A stretch of DNA of 64,000 bases from the NCBI GenBank assembly GCA_910577875.1, contig CAJTNY010000006.1, forward strand, positions 397 through 64,396. The letters run 5' to 3'. The number at the start of each line of letters is the position of its first letter. Position 1 is the stretch's first letter. A program made the translations under genes and the position numbers. This document shows, piece by piece, positions 19,384 through 30,983 of this stretch. The notes under the pieces were generated by a model, which was given only the letters and a program-made list of their open reading frames with translations, was not told where the DNA came from and ran no database searches. The DNA comes from an uncultured Christensenella sp. (GTDB lineage: Bacteria > Bacillota > Clostridia > Christensenellales > Borkfalkiaceae).

Positions 19384-22300
19384 GTGAAAAGCAAAAATAA
19401 AGTAAGAAATAATAAAACAACTTATATATTTACAAAAGAAACATTGGGTATGACGCTGTTATTATTCAGTGCCTTAGTTCTTATTATGCTTTTTGCCGAA
19501 GGCGCGCCTTTTTCAAGCATAGGTAAAGCGATTTGTACTTTTATGTTCGGAACTTTCGGTTACGGTTCGTTTCTTTTAATTGCGCTTACGGCGTATTTGG
19601 GAGTATGGTTGGTTTTCGGGAAGAAAATCAAAATATCTATTAAACCCGCGCTTGCAATTTCTTTGACCGTTTTCGTGTTGTTTCTTCTGTTTCATTCGGT
19701 AACGAGCAGAAATATTTCCACTGCCGATTACGGAAAGTATATAGCTGATTGTTATAAAAACGCGGTTAAAGGTTACTCGGGTTATACTTTCGGCGGAGTA
19801 ATATCGGCTGTATTCGTTTATCCGGTTGCCAAACTTACGACGTTTGTCGGAGCTTATGTAATATTTTCGCTGTTCTTAATCGCCTGCGGTTATCTGCTAT
19901 TTAAGGTGTTCCGCCGAGGATTTAGAATAAAACCGCAGGGGGAAGAGGTTACGGTAGCGGAAGAGATTGAAGCCGCGGTTGCCGAGGCGGAGTCAGTAAT
20001 TGTTAAATCGTCACAAACGGCACCTGTTAGGGCAGAAAGGCGCGTCATAGAACCGGATGTTCCGCAGTATGAAAACAACATAGCCGAGCAGTCCGTCCGT
20101 CATGCAGATGATAGCGATCCCTACTCGAAGAAGAATCTCGGACGTAAAATTTTATTCGAAAAAGGAGAGTTTGACGCGGAAAGTTACAGGAGAAATATGA
20201 TTTTTTATGATAACTCGTATTTTAATCATCCTGTAAACAATACGTCCGATTATCTGAATAATTTTACAAGCGGAAAAACTTCGTCAGTTGCGGGACAGAC
20301 TTATGCAGAAAGTTATCAACAGGAAGTTTTAAACCAGCCTGCTGTTTCTGCGCCGTCGAATTACGTGTACGGGGACAAGCCTGTTGAACAGCTTGATGAA
20401 TATGAACAGGTTATCGGTGGAAGCTATCCCGTACAGGAAACGGAAATAAACGAGGAAGATAAGGATACAGCAGAAGAATATACTCAGACTTTACGTGAAG
20501 AGGTAAAAGAAGTCCCTAAGGATGAAGAAAAACACGACTTCGGTTTCCGCATACACCAGAAAACCGAAGAAACGGCGAAACCTGTCGTGAAGGACGAAAT
20601 TATAACGCCGCCCGCCGAACCTAAGTTACGCGGACGTTCATCCTCGGAAGAAGACGACAAACCCGTTCACGGCGATAACGTAGATATGTTCAAATTATTC
20701 GGCTCGTCGAATACTGCCCGCAACAACCGTATAGAGCCAGACGTATCGAGGCTGTCATCGAGAAAGACTGAACGTAGCAACGCCAATCTGTTTGATGAAG
20801 ACGAAACCGAAAAAGACGAAAGTTTTACTTCTTTAACTAGGAATACTAAACGTGCGGAGAAAGCCGAACAGCAGGTTAAAAATATACAGGATACCGTATC
20901 GGATAATAGAACGGAAAATGTTTCTTTGCCTCGTCGTATTGTAGAAGAAAGAAAAAACGATACGGAATTAAGCGTTAAAAATTCTGTTCAGCAGTCTGTA
21001 ACGGACACCGCTAAACAGGAAGAAAAACCTAAGCACATATGGAAAAAATATATCCGACCGGGACTTGATTTACTTGACGATTATCCTGAGCACAGCAACG
21101 TAAATACGGGTGAAATAGAGGACAACAAGACAACTATTGTAGAAACTTTGGGAAGGTTTAAAATCGAGAGCGAGGTTTCTAACGTTACTATCGGTCCAGC
21201 GATAACGCGTTATGACGTTATAATAGAGGATAAAACAAAAATAAAACAGGCGCTGAATTACAAAGAAGCGATAGCTATGGCGCTGATGAAAGAAAACGTT
21301 ACAGCTTACCTTAATTATTCGAAAGGCGCATTGTCAATCGAAGTACCGAATAATGCGAGAACGGTTGTCGGACTTAAAAGCATGCTTTCAAGTCAAAAAT
21401 TTATAAACTGTAAATCCAATTCGGTAACTTTTGCACTCGGTAAAAACGTAGAGGGCGAAGTTGTATGTCCTGATATAACTAAAATGCCGCATCTGCTTGT
21501 CGCAGGAACTACGGGAAGCGGTAAGAGTATCTGTTTAAGTTCGCTTCTCATAAGTTTGTTGTATAAATACGGTCCGGAAGAATTGAGACTTATTCTTGTC
21601 GATCCCAAACAAGTCGAATTTATTTCCTATGACAGGCTCCCGCATCTTATGATTAACGAGATTATTTACGATGTGGATAAAGCTATAAAAGCTTTAAATT
21701 GGGCAATTAAGGAGATGGAACGGCGGTATTCGCTTTTTAAAGAGATGACTGAACAGGGTAGAGCAACAAAAAATCTCGACGAATACAACGCGCACATTGA
21801 CGCGGGCGAGGAAAAGCTTCCTAAAATAGTTATAATACTCGACGAGTTTGGCGATTTGATGTTGCAGGCGAAAAAAGATATAGAAGGCAGAATAATAAAG
21901 CTTGTACAGAAAGCGCGCGCCTGTGGTATACACCTTATTTTGGCTACCCAGCGTCCTTCCGTTGACTGTATTACAGGTCTGATAAAATCTAATCTTCCTA
22001 CGCGTATTGGATTTAAGGTAAACTCTTTCGACGACGCAAGAACTATATTCGATATAGGCGGCGCGGAAAAACTTTTGGGAAAAGGCGACTTATATTTCCG
22101 TTCTGCGGAAAGTCCCGACCTTGCGCGTATTCAGGGCTGTTTCGTCGATACGCACGAAGTACAGAAAGTTACCGATTTCGTAAAAGCGCATAACGAAACT
22201 TATTTCGACCAAAGCGTATCCGATTTCATAAATACCGTAGAGGTAGAAGAAACTCAGAATTCGCTCGGATCCGAAGACGGTGCGGGTGACGGAGGCGATA

Positions 22301-22530
22301 TTAAGATTGACGATACGTATATAAAAGCACTTCACTATTGTGTAACTTCCAATCAGGCTTCTGTTTCTATGATACAGCGTCGTTTCCCGGTTGGCTATAT
22401 AAAAGCCTGTAAGATAATCGATTGGATGGAAAATATGAATTATGTAACGCAGTCCGAGGGGTCTAAACCAAGAAAAGTACTGCTTTCGAAAGAAGAATTC
22501 ATAAACACTTATGGAGATATAGATGATTGA
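19384..22530 (+). CDS. ftsK: DNA translocase FtsK/SpoIIIE
   Basis: N-terminal TM helices, long acidic low-complexity linker, motor domain with Walker A GTTGSGKS and Walker B IVIILDEF, C-terminal winged-helix gamma domain. GTG at 19384 has a GGAGA RBS; the start is uncertain (track ORF starts at 19306). Confidence 0.9.
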   Translation: MKSKNKVRNNKTTYIFTKETLGMTLLLFSALVLIMLFAEGAPFSSIGKAICTFMFGTFGYGSFLLIALTAYLGVWLVFGKKIKISIKPALAISLTVFVLFLLFHSVTSRNISTADYGKYIADCYKNAVKGYSGYTFGGVISAVFVYPVAKLTTFVGAYVIFSLFLIACGYLLFKVFRRGFRIKPQGEEVTVAEEIEAAVAEAESVIVKSSQTAPVRAERRVIEPDVPQYENNIAEQSVRHADDSDPYSKKNLGRKILFEKGEFDAESYRRNMIFYDNSYFNHPVNNTSDYLNNFTSGKTSSVAGQTYAESYQQEVLNQPAVSAPSNYVYGDKPVEQLDEYEQVIGGSYPVQETEINEEDKDTAEEYTQTLREEVKEVPKDEEKHDFGFRIHQKTEETAKPVVKDEIITPPAEPKLRGRSSSEEDDKPVHGDNVDMFKLFGSSNTARNNRIEPDVSRLSSRKTERSNANLFDEDETEKDESFTSLTRNTKRAEKAEQQVKNIQDTVSDNRTENVSLPRRIVEERKNDTELSVKNSVQQSVTDTAKQEEKPKHIWKKYIRPGLDLLDDYPEHSNVNTGEIEDNKTTIVETLGRFKIESEVSNVTIGPAITRYDVIIEDKTKIKQALNYKEAIAMALMKENVTAYLNYSKGALSIEVPNNARTVVGLKSMLSSQKFINCKSNSVTFALGKNVEGEVVCPDITKMPHLLVAGTTGSGKSICLSSLLISLLYKYGPEELRLILVDPKQVEFISYDRLPHLMINEIIYDVDKAIKALNWAIKEMERRYSLFKEMTEQGRATKNLDEYNAHIDAGEEKLPKIVIILDEFGDLMLQAKKDIEGRIIKLVQKARACGIHLILATQRPSVDCITGLIKSNLPTRIGFKVNSFDDARTIFDIGGAEKLLGKGDLYFRSAESPDLARIQGCFVDTHEVQKVTDFVKAHNETYFDQSVSDFINTVEVEETQNSLGSEDGAGDGGDIKIDDTYIKALHYCVTSNQASVSMIQRRFPVGYIKACKIIDWMENMNYVTQSEGSKPRKVLLSKEEFINTYGDIDD

Positions 22531-23857
22531 TTTTACGCAAAAGAAATTCGGAATAATATCTCTCGGTTGCGATAAAAACAGAGTAGATTCCGAAAAACTT
22601 TTGTCAATAATAAAAGATAGAGGTTGCTCGATAACCGACGATATATCCGATGCGCAGATAATTGTTGTAAATACTTGCGCTTTTCTCAACGAGTCGAGAA
22701 AAGAAGCTATTGAAACCGTTCTCGACTGCGCGGCATATAAAAGTGAAAATCTTGAAAAACTTGTAATAACAGGTTGTCTTCCGCAAAAATATATTGATGA
22801 AACTTTTGATGTTCTTGAAGAGGCTGACGTTTTTCTCGGTATTACCGATTACGGCAAAATCTTTGATGCATTGGAAAAATCTTATCTTGGCATCAGAGTA
22901 AATTATGTCGGTAAAGGCGAGGATAATTATATTCCGCGAAGAATTCTGACTACTCCTCAGCACTATGCTTATCTTAAAATTTCAGATGGATGCAACAACC
23001 GCTGTACTTATTGTCTGATACCAAAAATTCGCGGTAAATATAAAAGTTATCCGATGGAGCAACTTTTAAGTGAAGCAGAGGGGCTCGGTGACGTATCGGA
23101 ACTTATTCTTGTCGCGCAAGATGTGACAAGGTACGGAATCGATTTATACGGTCAAAAAAAATTAAGAGAAATTTTACAAAAGTTGACAGCGCTTGTCAAT
23201 ATTAATAGTGTAAGATTATTGTACTGTTATCCAGATATGATTGATGACGGGCTTATAGAGGAAATACGGGATAACGAAAAAATTATAAAGTATCTCGATA
23301 TTCCTCTTCAGCACAGCGAAGACAGAATCCTTAAATTAATGAACCGTAAAGGAAGCAGAGCGGAGTATCTTAATCTTTTAAGAAAGATTAGAAAAAATAT
23401 TCCCGAAATCGCTATCCGTTCGACTTTTATTGCCGGGTTTCCTACCGAAACCGAGGAAGAGATTGAAGCTTTATGTTCTTTTCTGCGCGAGGCTGAACTT
23501 GATAACTGTGGATTTTTCACGTATTCAAAGGAGCCGGATACGCCGGCTTATAATTTAAAAGGACAGATTGCTTTCTCAATAAAGCGCAAAAGAGTAAAAA
23601 AACTTTATTCCGTTCAGCGTGAAATATCGGAGAAAAAACTTAAAGGCTATAAAAATAAAAAACTGCGCGTAATTTGCGACGGAATAGATTATGAAAAAAA
23701 CTGTTTTGAAGGAAGAGCATTTTTCAGCGCTCCGGATATTGACGGAAAAGTGTATTTCAACGCGAATAATGCTGTTCAGGGCGAATATTACGATGTATTG
23801 ATAGATAATTGCGACAGTTATGATTTGTACGGAGCAACGGAGGATTATACTTTATGA
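22523..23857 (+). CDS. rimO: Ribosomal protein S12 methylthiotransferase RimO
   Basis: UPF0004 N-domain (ISLGCDKNRVDSE), radical-SAM CNNRCTYC, C-terminal TRAM domain. Confidence 0.88.
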   Translation: MIDFTQKKFGIISLGCDKNRVDSEKLLSIIKDRGCSITDDISDAQIIVVNTCAFLNESRKEAIETVLDCAAYKSENLEKLVITGCLPQKYIDETFDVLEEADVFLGITDYGKIFDALEKSYLGIRVNYVGKGEDNYIPRRILTTPQHYAYLKISDGCNNRCTYCLIPKIRGKYKSYPMEQLLSEAEGLGDVSELILVAQDVTRYGIDLYGQKKLREILQKLTALVNINSVRLLYCYPDMIDDGLIEEIRDNEKIIKYLDIPLQHSEDRILKLMNRKGSRAEYLNLLRKIRKNIPEIAIRSTFIAGFPTETEEEIEALCSFLREAELDNCGFFTYSKEPDTPAYNLKGQIAFSIKRKRVKKLYSVQREISEKKLKGYKNKKLRVICDGIDYEKNCFEGRAFFSAPDIDGKVYFNANNAVQGEYYDVLIDNCDSYDLYGATEDYTL

Positions 23858-24504
23858 AAGAAATCGATAAAAACAGCAAAATGTATAAATTTGCGGCGGG
23901 AAAAGGCGTTATGAACTTGCCGAATAAACTTACACTGAGCCGTATCGTAATGATACCTGTATTTTTATTGTTTTTTTATTTTCAGTTTACGGCACATTAT
24001 TTTGTCGCTCTTGCGGTTTTCGGAATAGCAAGTTTAACTGATTTTTTGGACGGAATGATTGCGCGTAAATACGGTCTTGTTACAAATCTCGGTAAATTTC
24101 TAGACCCGATAGCCGATAAGGTTTTGGTACTGTCGTCATACGTAGTGTTTCTTACGGTTCCGGAAGTATTTTTCAACGGCTTGGGTGAATGGGTTATAAT
24201 AGCAGCAGGCTGTGGTGTTGCATTAATTCTTGCCAGGGAAATTATAGTCAGCGGTTTCAGAATGGTTGCGGCTAGCTCGAATATTGTCATTGCTGCCGAT
24301 ATAATCGGAAAATATAAAACGGTTTCGCAGGATATATGTATAATTGTTCTGCTAATAGGTGCGGGAGTAAGCGAACTGACTGACCATATAATCGGAGAAA
24401 TTATTAATTATATCGGAATCAGCTTTTTCATATTCTCGGTTATACTCACGATTGCTTCTGGAATCAATTATATCGTTAAAAATATTCAAGTGTTAAAACA
24501 ATGA
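23854..24504 (+). CDS. pgsA: CDP-diacylglycerol--glycerol-3-phosphate 3-phosphatidyltransferase
   Basis: CDP-alcohol phosphatidyltransferase motif DGMIARKYGLVTNLGKFLDPIADK. The ATG at 23911 (MNLPNKLTLSRI) may be the true start. Confidence 0.85.
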   Translation: MKEIDKNSKMYKFAAGKGVMNLPNKLTLSRIVMIPVFLLFFYFQFTAHYFVALAVFGIASLTDFLDGMIARKYGLVTNLGKFLDPIADKVLVLSSYVVFLTVPEVFFNGLGEWVIIAAGCGVALILAREIIVSGFRMVAASSNIVIAADIIGKYKTVSQDICIIVLLIGAGVSELTDHIIGEIINYIGISFFIFSVILTIASGINYIVKNIQVLKQ

Positions 24505-25628
24505 TTATAACGGATAAAGACGTTTTAAAAGCAAAAAGAAATTGTCTTCTTGTGTTAAGAAATAAAAAGATCAATATATTCGACGGTGCGGAGAATATAA
24601 TAAAAGATTTTGCGGACGGAGGATATTATTTCGATAAAATTAATTATATAGCTTTCGATAACCCCGATGAAATAGTGCGTTCACTGATAGACGGAAAAGA
24701 AAATTATGAAAATTTTGTAATTTTCTGTCCTTCGGAAATGGAAGAAACTTTAAAAAAATTCGTAACCGCGCTTTATAAATCGGAGTTTAATGAACTCGGA
24801 ATACTGAAGAGCGGACAATCTAATGCATTTATGCTTTTTTCCGACAAAGAAAACAGATTGCGTTTGGAAGACGTCAATAATATTTTCGATAAAAAGTACG
24901 GCGTAAAACACGAAAAAGCTTATATTAAAACGGTAGGCGCTCCTGCGCAGTCAATCAGCAAAGCTATTGCGGATGCGATAAATGTCAATCCCGAAAAAAG
25001 CGAGACTGTTAAAAAACTAATCGACTTCAACGTATCGGAAAAATTCGGAGATTGTACTATTCAGGTTGTATATTCGGATGAGGTACAAAAGAGCGTTTTC
25101 GATAACGTTTTCAGAAAACTCGTTAATGCTCTTGATGAGTATGTCTATTCCGTGGAAAATTTTAATCTTGCGGAGCGGTTGGTTCAGCTTTTGAAACTTC
25201 GCAGGATGAAAATAAGCGTTGCCGAATCTTTTACGGGCGGTGGAATCAGTAAAAAACTCGTTGAAGTGCCGGGAGTAAGTGAAGTATACTACGAAGGGCT
25301 GAATACCTATTCGAACGAAGCTAAGACCGGACGTCTCGGAGTCGTAAAAGATACTTTCGCGCATTGCGGAGCCGTTTCCGAAGAAACTGCAGCGCAGATG
25401 GCGGAAGGTCTAATAAATTCGGGTAACTGTAATATCGCTGTTGCAACGACTGGAATAGCTGGACCGAAATCAGACAATACGAATAAGCCTGTTGGTCTTA
25501 TTTATATAGCAATAGGGCTAAAAGAACGCGTGGAAGTTTATAAATACAATTTAAAGGGTACGAGGGAACAAATTACCGAAACTGCAATTAATCTTGCAAT
25601 GTTCCTTGCTTATAAAACTTTAAAATAA
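24501..25628 (+). CDS. cinA: CinA-like protein: PncC-type nicotinamide-nucleotide amidase domain with an atypical N-terminal domain
   Basis: The C-terminal 150 aa carry [14 protein letters not shown] and ATTGIAGP, typical of the CinA C-domain. Upstream of recA as in many Bacillota. The N-terminal roughly 225 aa lack the MoCF-type motifs I would expect. Confidence 0.7.
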   Translation: MIITDKDVLKAKRNCLLVLRNKKINIFDGAENIIKDFADGGYYFDKINYIAFDNPDEIVRSLIDGKENYENFVIFCPSEMEETLKKFVTALYKSEFNELGILKSGQSNAFMLFSDKENRLRLEDVNNIFDKKYGVKHEKAYIKTVGAPAQSISKAIADAINVNPEKSETVKKLIDFNVSEKFGDCTIQVVYSDEVQKSVFDNVFRKLVNALDEYVYSVENFNLAERLVQLLKLRRMKISVAESFTGGGISKKLVEVPGVSEVYYEGLNTYSNEAKTGRLGVVKDTFAHCGAVSEETAAQMAEGLINSGNCNIAVATTGIAGPKSDNTNKPVGLIYIAIGLKERVEVYKYNLKGTREQITETAINLAMFLAYKTLK

Positions 25629-25642
25629 TTCAGGAGATAAAA

Positions 25643-26644
25643 ATGAACGAAGAAAAATTAAAAGCACTAAACTCAACCGTTGCAATGATTGAAAAGCAGT
25701 ACGGCAAAGGCTCGATTATGAAGCTCGGAGATTACAAGGTGAATCAAGACCTTGAATTTATTCCTACAGGCTGTCTTTCGCTTGACCTTGCTCTCGGAGT
25801 AGGTGGAGTTCCCCGTGGAAGAATTCTTGAAATTTACGGTCCGGAATCTTCGGGTAAAACAACAGTAGCGTTGCATATAATTGCTGAAACCCAGAAAGCG
25901 GGCGGAGTAGCAGCTTTTATCGATGCGGAACATGCGCTCGATGCCCAGTATGCTCACGCGCTCGGCGTTGATACTAACGAATTATACTTATCTCAGCCCG
26001 ACACCGGCGAACAGGCGCTCGATATTTGCGAGTCACTCGTCCGTTCGAGTGCGGTTGACGTAATTGTCGTCGACTCTGTCGCGGCTCTTACTCCGAAAGC
26101 GGAAATAGAGGGCGATATGGGTGACACTCACGTCGGGCTTCTTGCAAGGCTTATGTCACAGGCTTTGAGAAAACTTACAGCAATAACCAACAGGTCTAAA
26201 ACTTGCGTAATTTTTATCAATCAGTTGCGCGAGAAGGTTGGAGTTATGTTCGGTAACCCCGAAACTACCCCTGGAGGTAAAGCGTTAAAATATTTTGCGT
26301 CTTTAAGACTAGATATAAGAAAGGCAGACGCTCTTAAAAGCGACAGCAACATAATCGGTAACAGGGCAAAGTGCAAAGTCGTTAAAAATAAAGTTGCTCC
26401 GCCTTTTAAAGTCGCTGAATTCGATATAATTTATGGCGAAGGCATTTCTCAGGAAGGATGTCTTATAGATTTGGGCGTAGAATACGGAATTCTTACAAAG
26501 AGCGGAGCGTTTTTCTATTATAATGAGGAAAAAGTTGCGCAGGGTAGAGAGAAGATGAGAGATTATTTGAAGAATAATCCGGAAGTGAAGGCTGAACTGG
26601 ATACTAAGATTAGAGAGGCGCACAGGGCTTCTCTCCAAAAATAA
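25643..26644 (+). CDS. recA: Recombinase RecA
   Basis: GPESSGKTT Walker [10 protein letters not shown] Walker B, and L1/L2 loop regions. AGGAG RBS. Confidence 0.97.
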   Translation: MNEEKLKALNSTVAMIEKQYGKGSIMKLGDYKVNQDLEFIPTGCLSLDLALGVGGVPRGRILEIYGPESSGKTTVALHIIAETQKAGGVAAFIDAEHALDAQYAHALGVDTNELYLSQPDTGEQALDICESLVRSSAVDVIVVDSVAALTPKAEIEGDMGDTHVGLLARLMSQALRKLTAITNRSKTCVIFINQLREKVGVMFGNPETTPGGKALKYFASLRLDIRKADALKSDSNIIGNRAKCKVVKNKVAPPFKVAEFDIIYGEGISQEGCLIDLGVEYGILTKSGAFFYYNEEKVAQGREKMRDYLKNNPEVKAELDTKIREAHRASLQK

Positions 26645-26651
26645 TATTTAA

Positions 26652-28592
26652 ATGAGAAACGGATTTATAAAGGTATGCGCCGCAACTCCCGAAATTCGGG
26701 TTGCGGACGTGGAATTTAATACAAAGCAGATTATAAAAGCGATTAAAGAGAGCGCGAAAAGTGGGAGTATGCTGACGGTTTTTCCCGAACTCTGCGTGTG
26801 CGGATATACCTGCGGAGATTTATTTAATCAAAAAGCGTTGTTGGACGGTGTGGAAAATGCTTTGTTCCGAATTTGTGAAGCGACGCAGGGGTTAGATATT
26901 CTCGTCTTCGTCGGTGCGCCTTTATGTGATAATGACAGCGGTAAACTATACAATTGCGCCGTCGCTGTTTGCAACGGAGAATTTTTGGGCGCTGTTCCCA
27001 AAACTTATATTCCTAATTACGGCGAATTTTATGAACGCCGTCATTTTTCGCCTGCATCATGCGGCGCGGGATATGCTAAAATAAAAGACCACACTGTTCT
27101 TATCGATACCGATATTATTTTTAAAGCGCGGAACTGTCCTGAATTTACCGTTGCCGCAGAGATTTGCGAAGATTTATGGGCTCCGCAGTCTCCGTCTGTA
27201 AACCACGTTATAAACGGGGCTAATATTATAGTAAATCTTTCTTGCAGCGACGAAACCGTCGGTAAAGCTGAGTATAGAAAAAGTCTTGTAAAGATGCAAT
27301 CTGGAAAACTTATCTGCGGATATGTTTACTGTGATGCTGGAGATGGGGAAAGCACGACGGATTCGGTGTTTGCAGGGCATAATATTATTGCGGAAAACGG
27401 TAACGTTTTGGCTGAAAGCAAACTTTTCGAAAATGGATTGTTGTTCAGTGAAATCGATGTTGAAGCTGTTGTTTCAGAAAGACGTAGAATGTCGAGTGCG
27501 TTTTACGAAAGCAAAGACGATACAGTTAATTCAAATTATTGTTCCGTAAATAGGCGTAAATATTCCGAAATTTTTTTTAATGCCTCGGAGGGTGAAAGTA
27601 AGTTAACCCGAACATTTTCGCGATTGCCTTTTATTCCCGAAAAAGCCCTTGCTGAAAGAATGGAACTTATTTTAAACATACAGGCGAAAGGACTTGAAAA
27701 ACGTATAAAACATACATGTGCAAAAACGGCGGTAATAGGTATATCTGGCGGACTTGATTCGGCGCTTGCGCTGCTTGTAACGTACCGCGTATTTAAAGCT
27801 CTAGCAAAAGATTGTAAAGATATAATCGCGGTTACTATGCCGGGATTCGGAACGACGGGCAAGACAAAAAACAATTCTTTAAAATTAATAGAAACGTTGG
27901 GCGTATCTTGTAAAACAATTCCTATCATAGACAGTGTAAATCAGCATTTTAAAGATATCGGGCACGATACTGACAAACTCGACGTAACGTATGAAAACGC
28001 GCAAGCCAGAATGAGAACGCTTATTTTAATGGATATTGCAAATCAGACAGGCGGTATAGTTATAGGTACCGGCGATTTAAGCGAACTTGCACTCGGCTGG
28101 GCTACTTACAACGGAGACCATATCTCTATGTATGGAGTAAATTGTTCGGTGCCCAAAACGCTTGTACAATATCTTATCCAAAGCGAAGCTGAACGTTTCG
28201 GAGGAGAGTGCGGTAAAATTCTCGAAGATATTTTAAATACCGAAATCAGTCCCGAGTTGCTTCCCCCAACTGACGGCAAAATATCTCAGAAAACCGAAGA
28301 TCTGGTCGGACCTTACGATTTGCACGACTTCTTTCTTTATTACGGAATCCGTTGGGGATTCAGACCTGAAAAAGTACAGTTTTTAGCGGAACTTGCCTTT
28401 GACGGCTTTTACGATAAAAAAACGATAAAAAAATGGCTTGAAAATTTTTATAGAAGATTTTTTTCACAGCAATTTAAACGTTCGTGTCTTCCCGACGGCG
28501 TTAAAGTGGGTTCGGTTTCTCTTTCTCCCAGAAGCGATTGGCGAATGCCGTCCGACGCTGTTTCGAATTTATGGATAAACGATATAAAATAA
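26652..28592 (+). CDS. nadE: Glutamine-dependent NAD+ synthetase (CN-hydrolase plus NAD synthetase domains)
   Basis: N-terminal nitrilase-like domain (FPELCVCGY, EICEDLW) and a PP-loop domain with GISGGLDSA. Confidence 0.88.
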   Translation: MRNGFIKVCAATPEIRVADVEFNTKQIIKAIKESAKSGSMLTVFPELCVCGYTCGDLFNQKALLDGVENALFRICEATQGLDILVFVGAPLCDNDSGKLYNCAVAVCNGEFLGAVPKTYIPNYGEFYERRHFSPASCGAGYAKIKDHTVLIDTDIIFKARNCPEFTVAAEICEDLWAPQSPSVNHVINGANIIVNLSCSDETVGKAEYRKSLVKMQSGKLICGYVYCDAGDGESTTDSVFAGHNIIAENGNVLAESKLFENGLLFSEIDVEAVVSERRRMSSAFYESKDDTVNSNYCSVNRRKYSEIFFNASEGESKLTRTFSRLPFIPEKALAERMELILNIQAKGLEKRIKHTCAKTAVIGISGGLDSALALLVTYRVFKALAKDCKDIIAVTMPGFGTTGKTKNNSLKLIETLGVSCKTIPIIDSVNQHFKDIGHDTDKLDVTYENAQARMRTLILMDIANQTGGIVIGTGDLSELALGWATYNGDHISMYGVNCSVPKTLVQYLIQSEAERFGGECGKILEDILNTEISPELLPPTDGKISQKTEDLVGPYDLHDFFLYYGIRWGFRPEKVQFLAELAFDGFYDKKTIKKWLENFYRRFFSQQFKRSCLPDGVKVGSVSLSPRSDWRMPSDAVSNLWINDIK

Positions 28593-28616
28593 AGCGGTTT
28601 CTACCGCTTTTTTTGT
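28591..28616 (+). terminator. Intrinsic terminator after nadE
   Basis: AGCGGT-ttct-ACCGCT followed by TTTTTTTG. Confidence 0.6.
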
Positions 28617-28645
28617 TTTGTAAGTAAAGTATTTTTATTATTAAA

Positions 28646-28674
28646 TTGACTTTTAACAAATTGTGTTGTAAAAT
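28646..28674 (+). promoter_or_regulatory. Sigma-A-type promoter for rny
   Basis: TTGACT - 17 nt - TAAAAT. Confidence 0.5.
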
Positions 28675-28741
28675 AAATAAGGATATAAACTAATCTGTAA
28701 AGATTTCGTATATATTTAAAATTAAACATCAGGAGGCTTAA

Positions 28742-30355
28742 ATGTACACCATCAAATTAAGCACCCTGTTTCTTGCTGATATGAACCTCGGCTTAGCTAT
28801 TGGGCTAATCGTTGCCGGGTCCATTGTCGCGCTTGGTATTGGCATTTTCGTCGGGATAGTTATCAATAAAAAACTGACGGAAAAAAGATTAGGTAAAGTT
28901 CAGATAAGAGAGCAGAAAATAATCGAAGACGCTAAACTCGAATGCAAAGCGTTAAAAAAAGAAGCAATATTAGAAGCTAAGGAACAGGAGCTGCAATTAA
29001 GAAACGAGTTTGAAAGAGAGAGTAAAGAGAAGAAATCTGAATTACAGAAGCAGGAACAAAGGCTTATGCAGAAAGAAGATTCTCTCGATAAAAAGGAAGA
29101 AGCTTTAACGAAGAAGAACGAAGCTTTGGACCAACAGAAAAAAGAACTTGCAAATAAAGAACTCGAAGTCAAAAAGACGCAGGAAAAAGTAAACCACCAG
29201 CACGAATTGATGGTTCAGGAGCTTGAAAAAGTTGCTCAGCTTACAAAGGAAGAGGCAAAGCAGATACTCTCTAACGAGATTCTCGACGAAACCCGCCACG
29301 ACGTCGCGTTGCAGGTAAGGAACATAGAGCAGACGGCAAAGGACGAAGCCAACAACGAAGCGAAGAAAATCATTTCTCTTGCTGTTCAGCGGTGCGCGGC
29401 GGATCACGCTTCCGAAATTACCGTTTCCGTTGTGCAGATTCCAAGCGACGATATGAAGGCAAGACTTATCGGAAGAGAGGGCAGAAATATCCGAGCAATC
29501 GAAAACGCAACGGGTATAGAACTCATTATTGACGATACTCCCGAAGTAGTTATCCTTTCGGGTTTTGATCCCGTCAGGCGTGAAATTGCAAGACTTTCGC
29601 TTGAAAAGCTTATTTCCGATGGCAGAATTCATCCGGCAAGAATAGAGGAAACAGTTGAAAAAGTCAAAAAAGAAATGGATTCGGAAATCAAGTCTGCTGG
29701 TGAAAGCGCGATGTTTGAGGTCGGTATTTTCGGACTTCATCCCGAGATAATAAAACTTTTGGGCAGATTAAAGTATAGGACGAGCTACGGTCAGAACGTG
29801 TACAAGCACTCGATAGAGGTTGCTCAGCTTGCGGGGCTTATGGCTTCCGAACTCGGACTTGACGTAACGCTTGCAAAACGTGCGGGACTTCTTCACGACA
29901 TAGGTAAAGCAGTCGACCACGAGCAGGAAGGTACTCATATTCAGCTCGGTGCAGACCTTGCGAAGAAATACAGAGAAAGCGCGAAAGTCATTAACGCAAT
30001 AGCAGCGCATCACGGCGATTGCGAACCGACGACGACTGAGGCGGTGCTTGTTGCTGCGGCGGACGCTATATCGGGCGCGAGACCCGGTGCGAGAAGGGAA
30101 ACGGGCACAAATTACGTTAAAAGGCTCGAAAAACTTGAACAGCTTGCGGGCAGTTTCCGCGGCGTTGATAAATGCTATGCGATTCAGGCAGGCAGAGAAG
30201 TGCGCGTAATCGTTAAGCCCGAGCAGATTGATGATGCGCAGACTATGTTCCTTGCAAAAGATATAGCCAAGAAAATAGAGAAAGAACTCGAATATCCCGG
30301 ACAGATAAAAGTTAACGTTATAAGGGAATTCAGAGCAAGCGAATTTGCTAAATAA
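28742..30355 (+). CDS. rny: Ribonuclease Y
   Basis: N-terminal TM, coiled-coil, KH domain ([11 protein letters not shown]) and HD domain (LLHDIGKA). AGGAGG RBS. Confidence 0.93.
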   Translation: MYTIKLSTLFLADMNLGLAIGLIVAGSIVALGIGIFVGIVINKKLTEKRLGKVQIREQKIIEDAKLECKALKKEAILEAKEQELQLRNEFERESKEKKSELQKQEQRLMQKEDSLDKKEEALTKKNEALDQQKKELANKELEVKKTQEKVNHQHELMVQELEKVAQLTKEEAKQILSNEILDETRHDVALQVRNIEQTAKDEANNEAKKIISLAVQRCAADHASEITVSVVQIPSDDMKARLIGREGRNIRAIENATGIELIIDDTPEVVILSGFDPVRREIARLSLEKLISDGRIHPARIEETVEKVKKEMDSEIKSAGESAMFEVGIFGLHPEIIKLLGRLKYRTSYGQNVYKHSIEVAQLAGLMASELGLDVTLAKRAGLLHDIGKAVDHEQEGTHIQLGADLAKKYRESAKVINAIAAHHGDCEPTTTEAVLVAAADAISGARPGARRETGTNYVKRLEKLEQLAGSFRGVDKCYAIQAGREVRVIVKPEQIDDAQTMFLAKDIAKKIEKELEYPGQIKVNVIREFRASEFAK

Positions 30356-30423
30356 TTCAAAATAATACTATAAATCGTCTTTCTCATTAGGTACTAAATT
30401 AATTGAATTAATTAATTGAATAT

Positions 30424-30461
30424 AAAAAGGTTCTCGGATAAATTGTTCGAGAACCTTTTTT
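30424..30461 (+). terminator. Intrinsic terminator after rny
   Basis: AAAAAGGTTCTCG-gataaattgt-CGAGAACCTTTTTT. Confidence 0.65.
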
Positions 30462-30482
30462 ACGTGCAATTTTTACGTGCAA
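30458..30482 (+). repeat. Two tandem copies of TTTTACGTGCAA
   Basis: Copies at 30458-30469 and 30471-30482, with a 13-nt period, directly after the rny terminator. Confidence 0.6.
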
Positions 30483-30504
30483 ATAAATTTAAATAAAAAT
30501 GGTT

Positions 30505-30891
30505 TTATTCTTTAAAAATAACTAAAATGTCTTTATCGTCATCATCCAGTTTAACGCTATAACGAGTAGTAGCTATTTGAGTTCCGTCTGTACCAAATAA
30601 GTCTCTTACAACACTTTTAATTTCGATAATCATTCCTGTTATTTACTTACCATTAATTTGTTTACGTTAGATTTTAATTGAATCGGCAACATATTCTTTA
30701 AAAAATTTAATGCCAATATAGTTTTTTTTATTTTGTGTTGCTTTTAGTAGTTTTACATATGTATAGTCTTCATAATTTTTAATTAATTCACTAGCTGCCG
30801 CACTTAATGATATTTTACCGTATCATATACTTGCATATGGTGTGTTTCTGCCTTTTTGTTCTCCATAGATTTTTACTGTTTATCAATTCAT
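30505..30891 (-). pseudogene. Decayed small gene (protein-like segments interrupted by in-frame stops)
   Basis: AAGGAG RBS 7 nt before the ATG at 30891, but codons 3, 4 and 23 are TGA, TAA and TGA. The same frame continues through two more TAA codons to a 42-codon ORF (30505-30633). Sits in an AT-rich region. Confidence 0.3.
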
Positions 30892-30983
30892 AAAATAGCT
30901 CCTTTGTTTTTTTGCTATTATATAATGTAATTTTATTTGTATTTAATTCTGTCACTGGTGGATGAATTTGCTCACATAATAAA

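Noticed and set aside
29105-29740. 211-codon minus-strand ORF inside rny; similar antisense ORFs at 22090-22689, 35749-36249 and 8550-9041
   Set aside because: All are embedded antisense in strongly supported conserved genes and have an implausible composition.
30458-30482. Possible CRISPR or other repeat array
   Set aside because: There are only two adjacent 12-nt copies with no spacers. No CRISPR-like array or cas gene occurs anywhere in the window.
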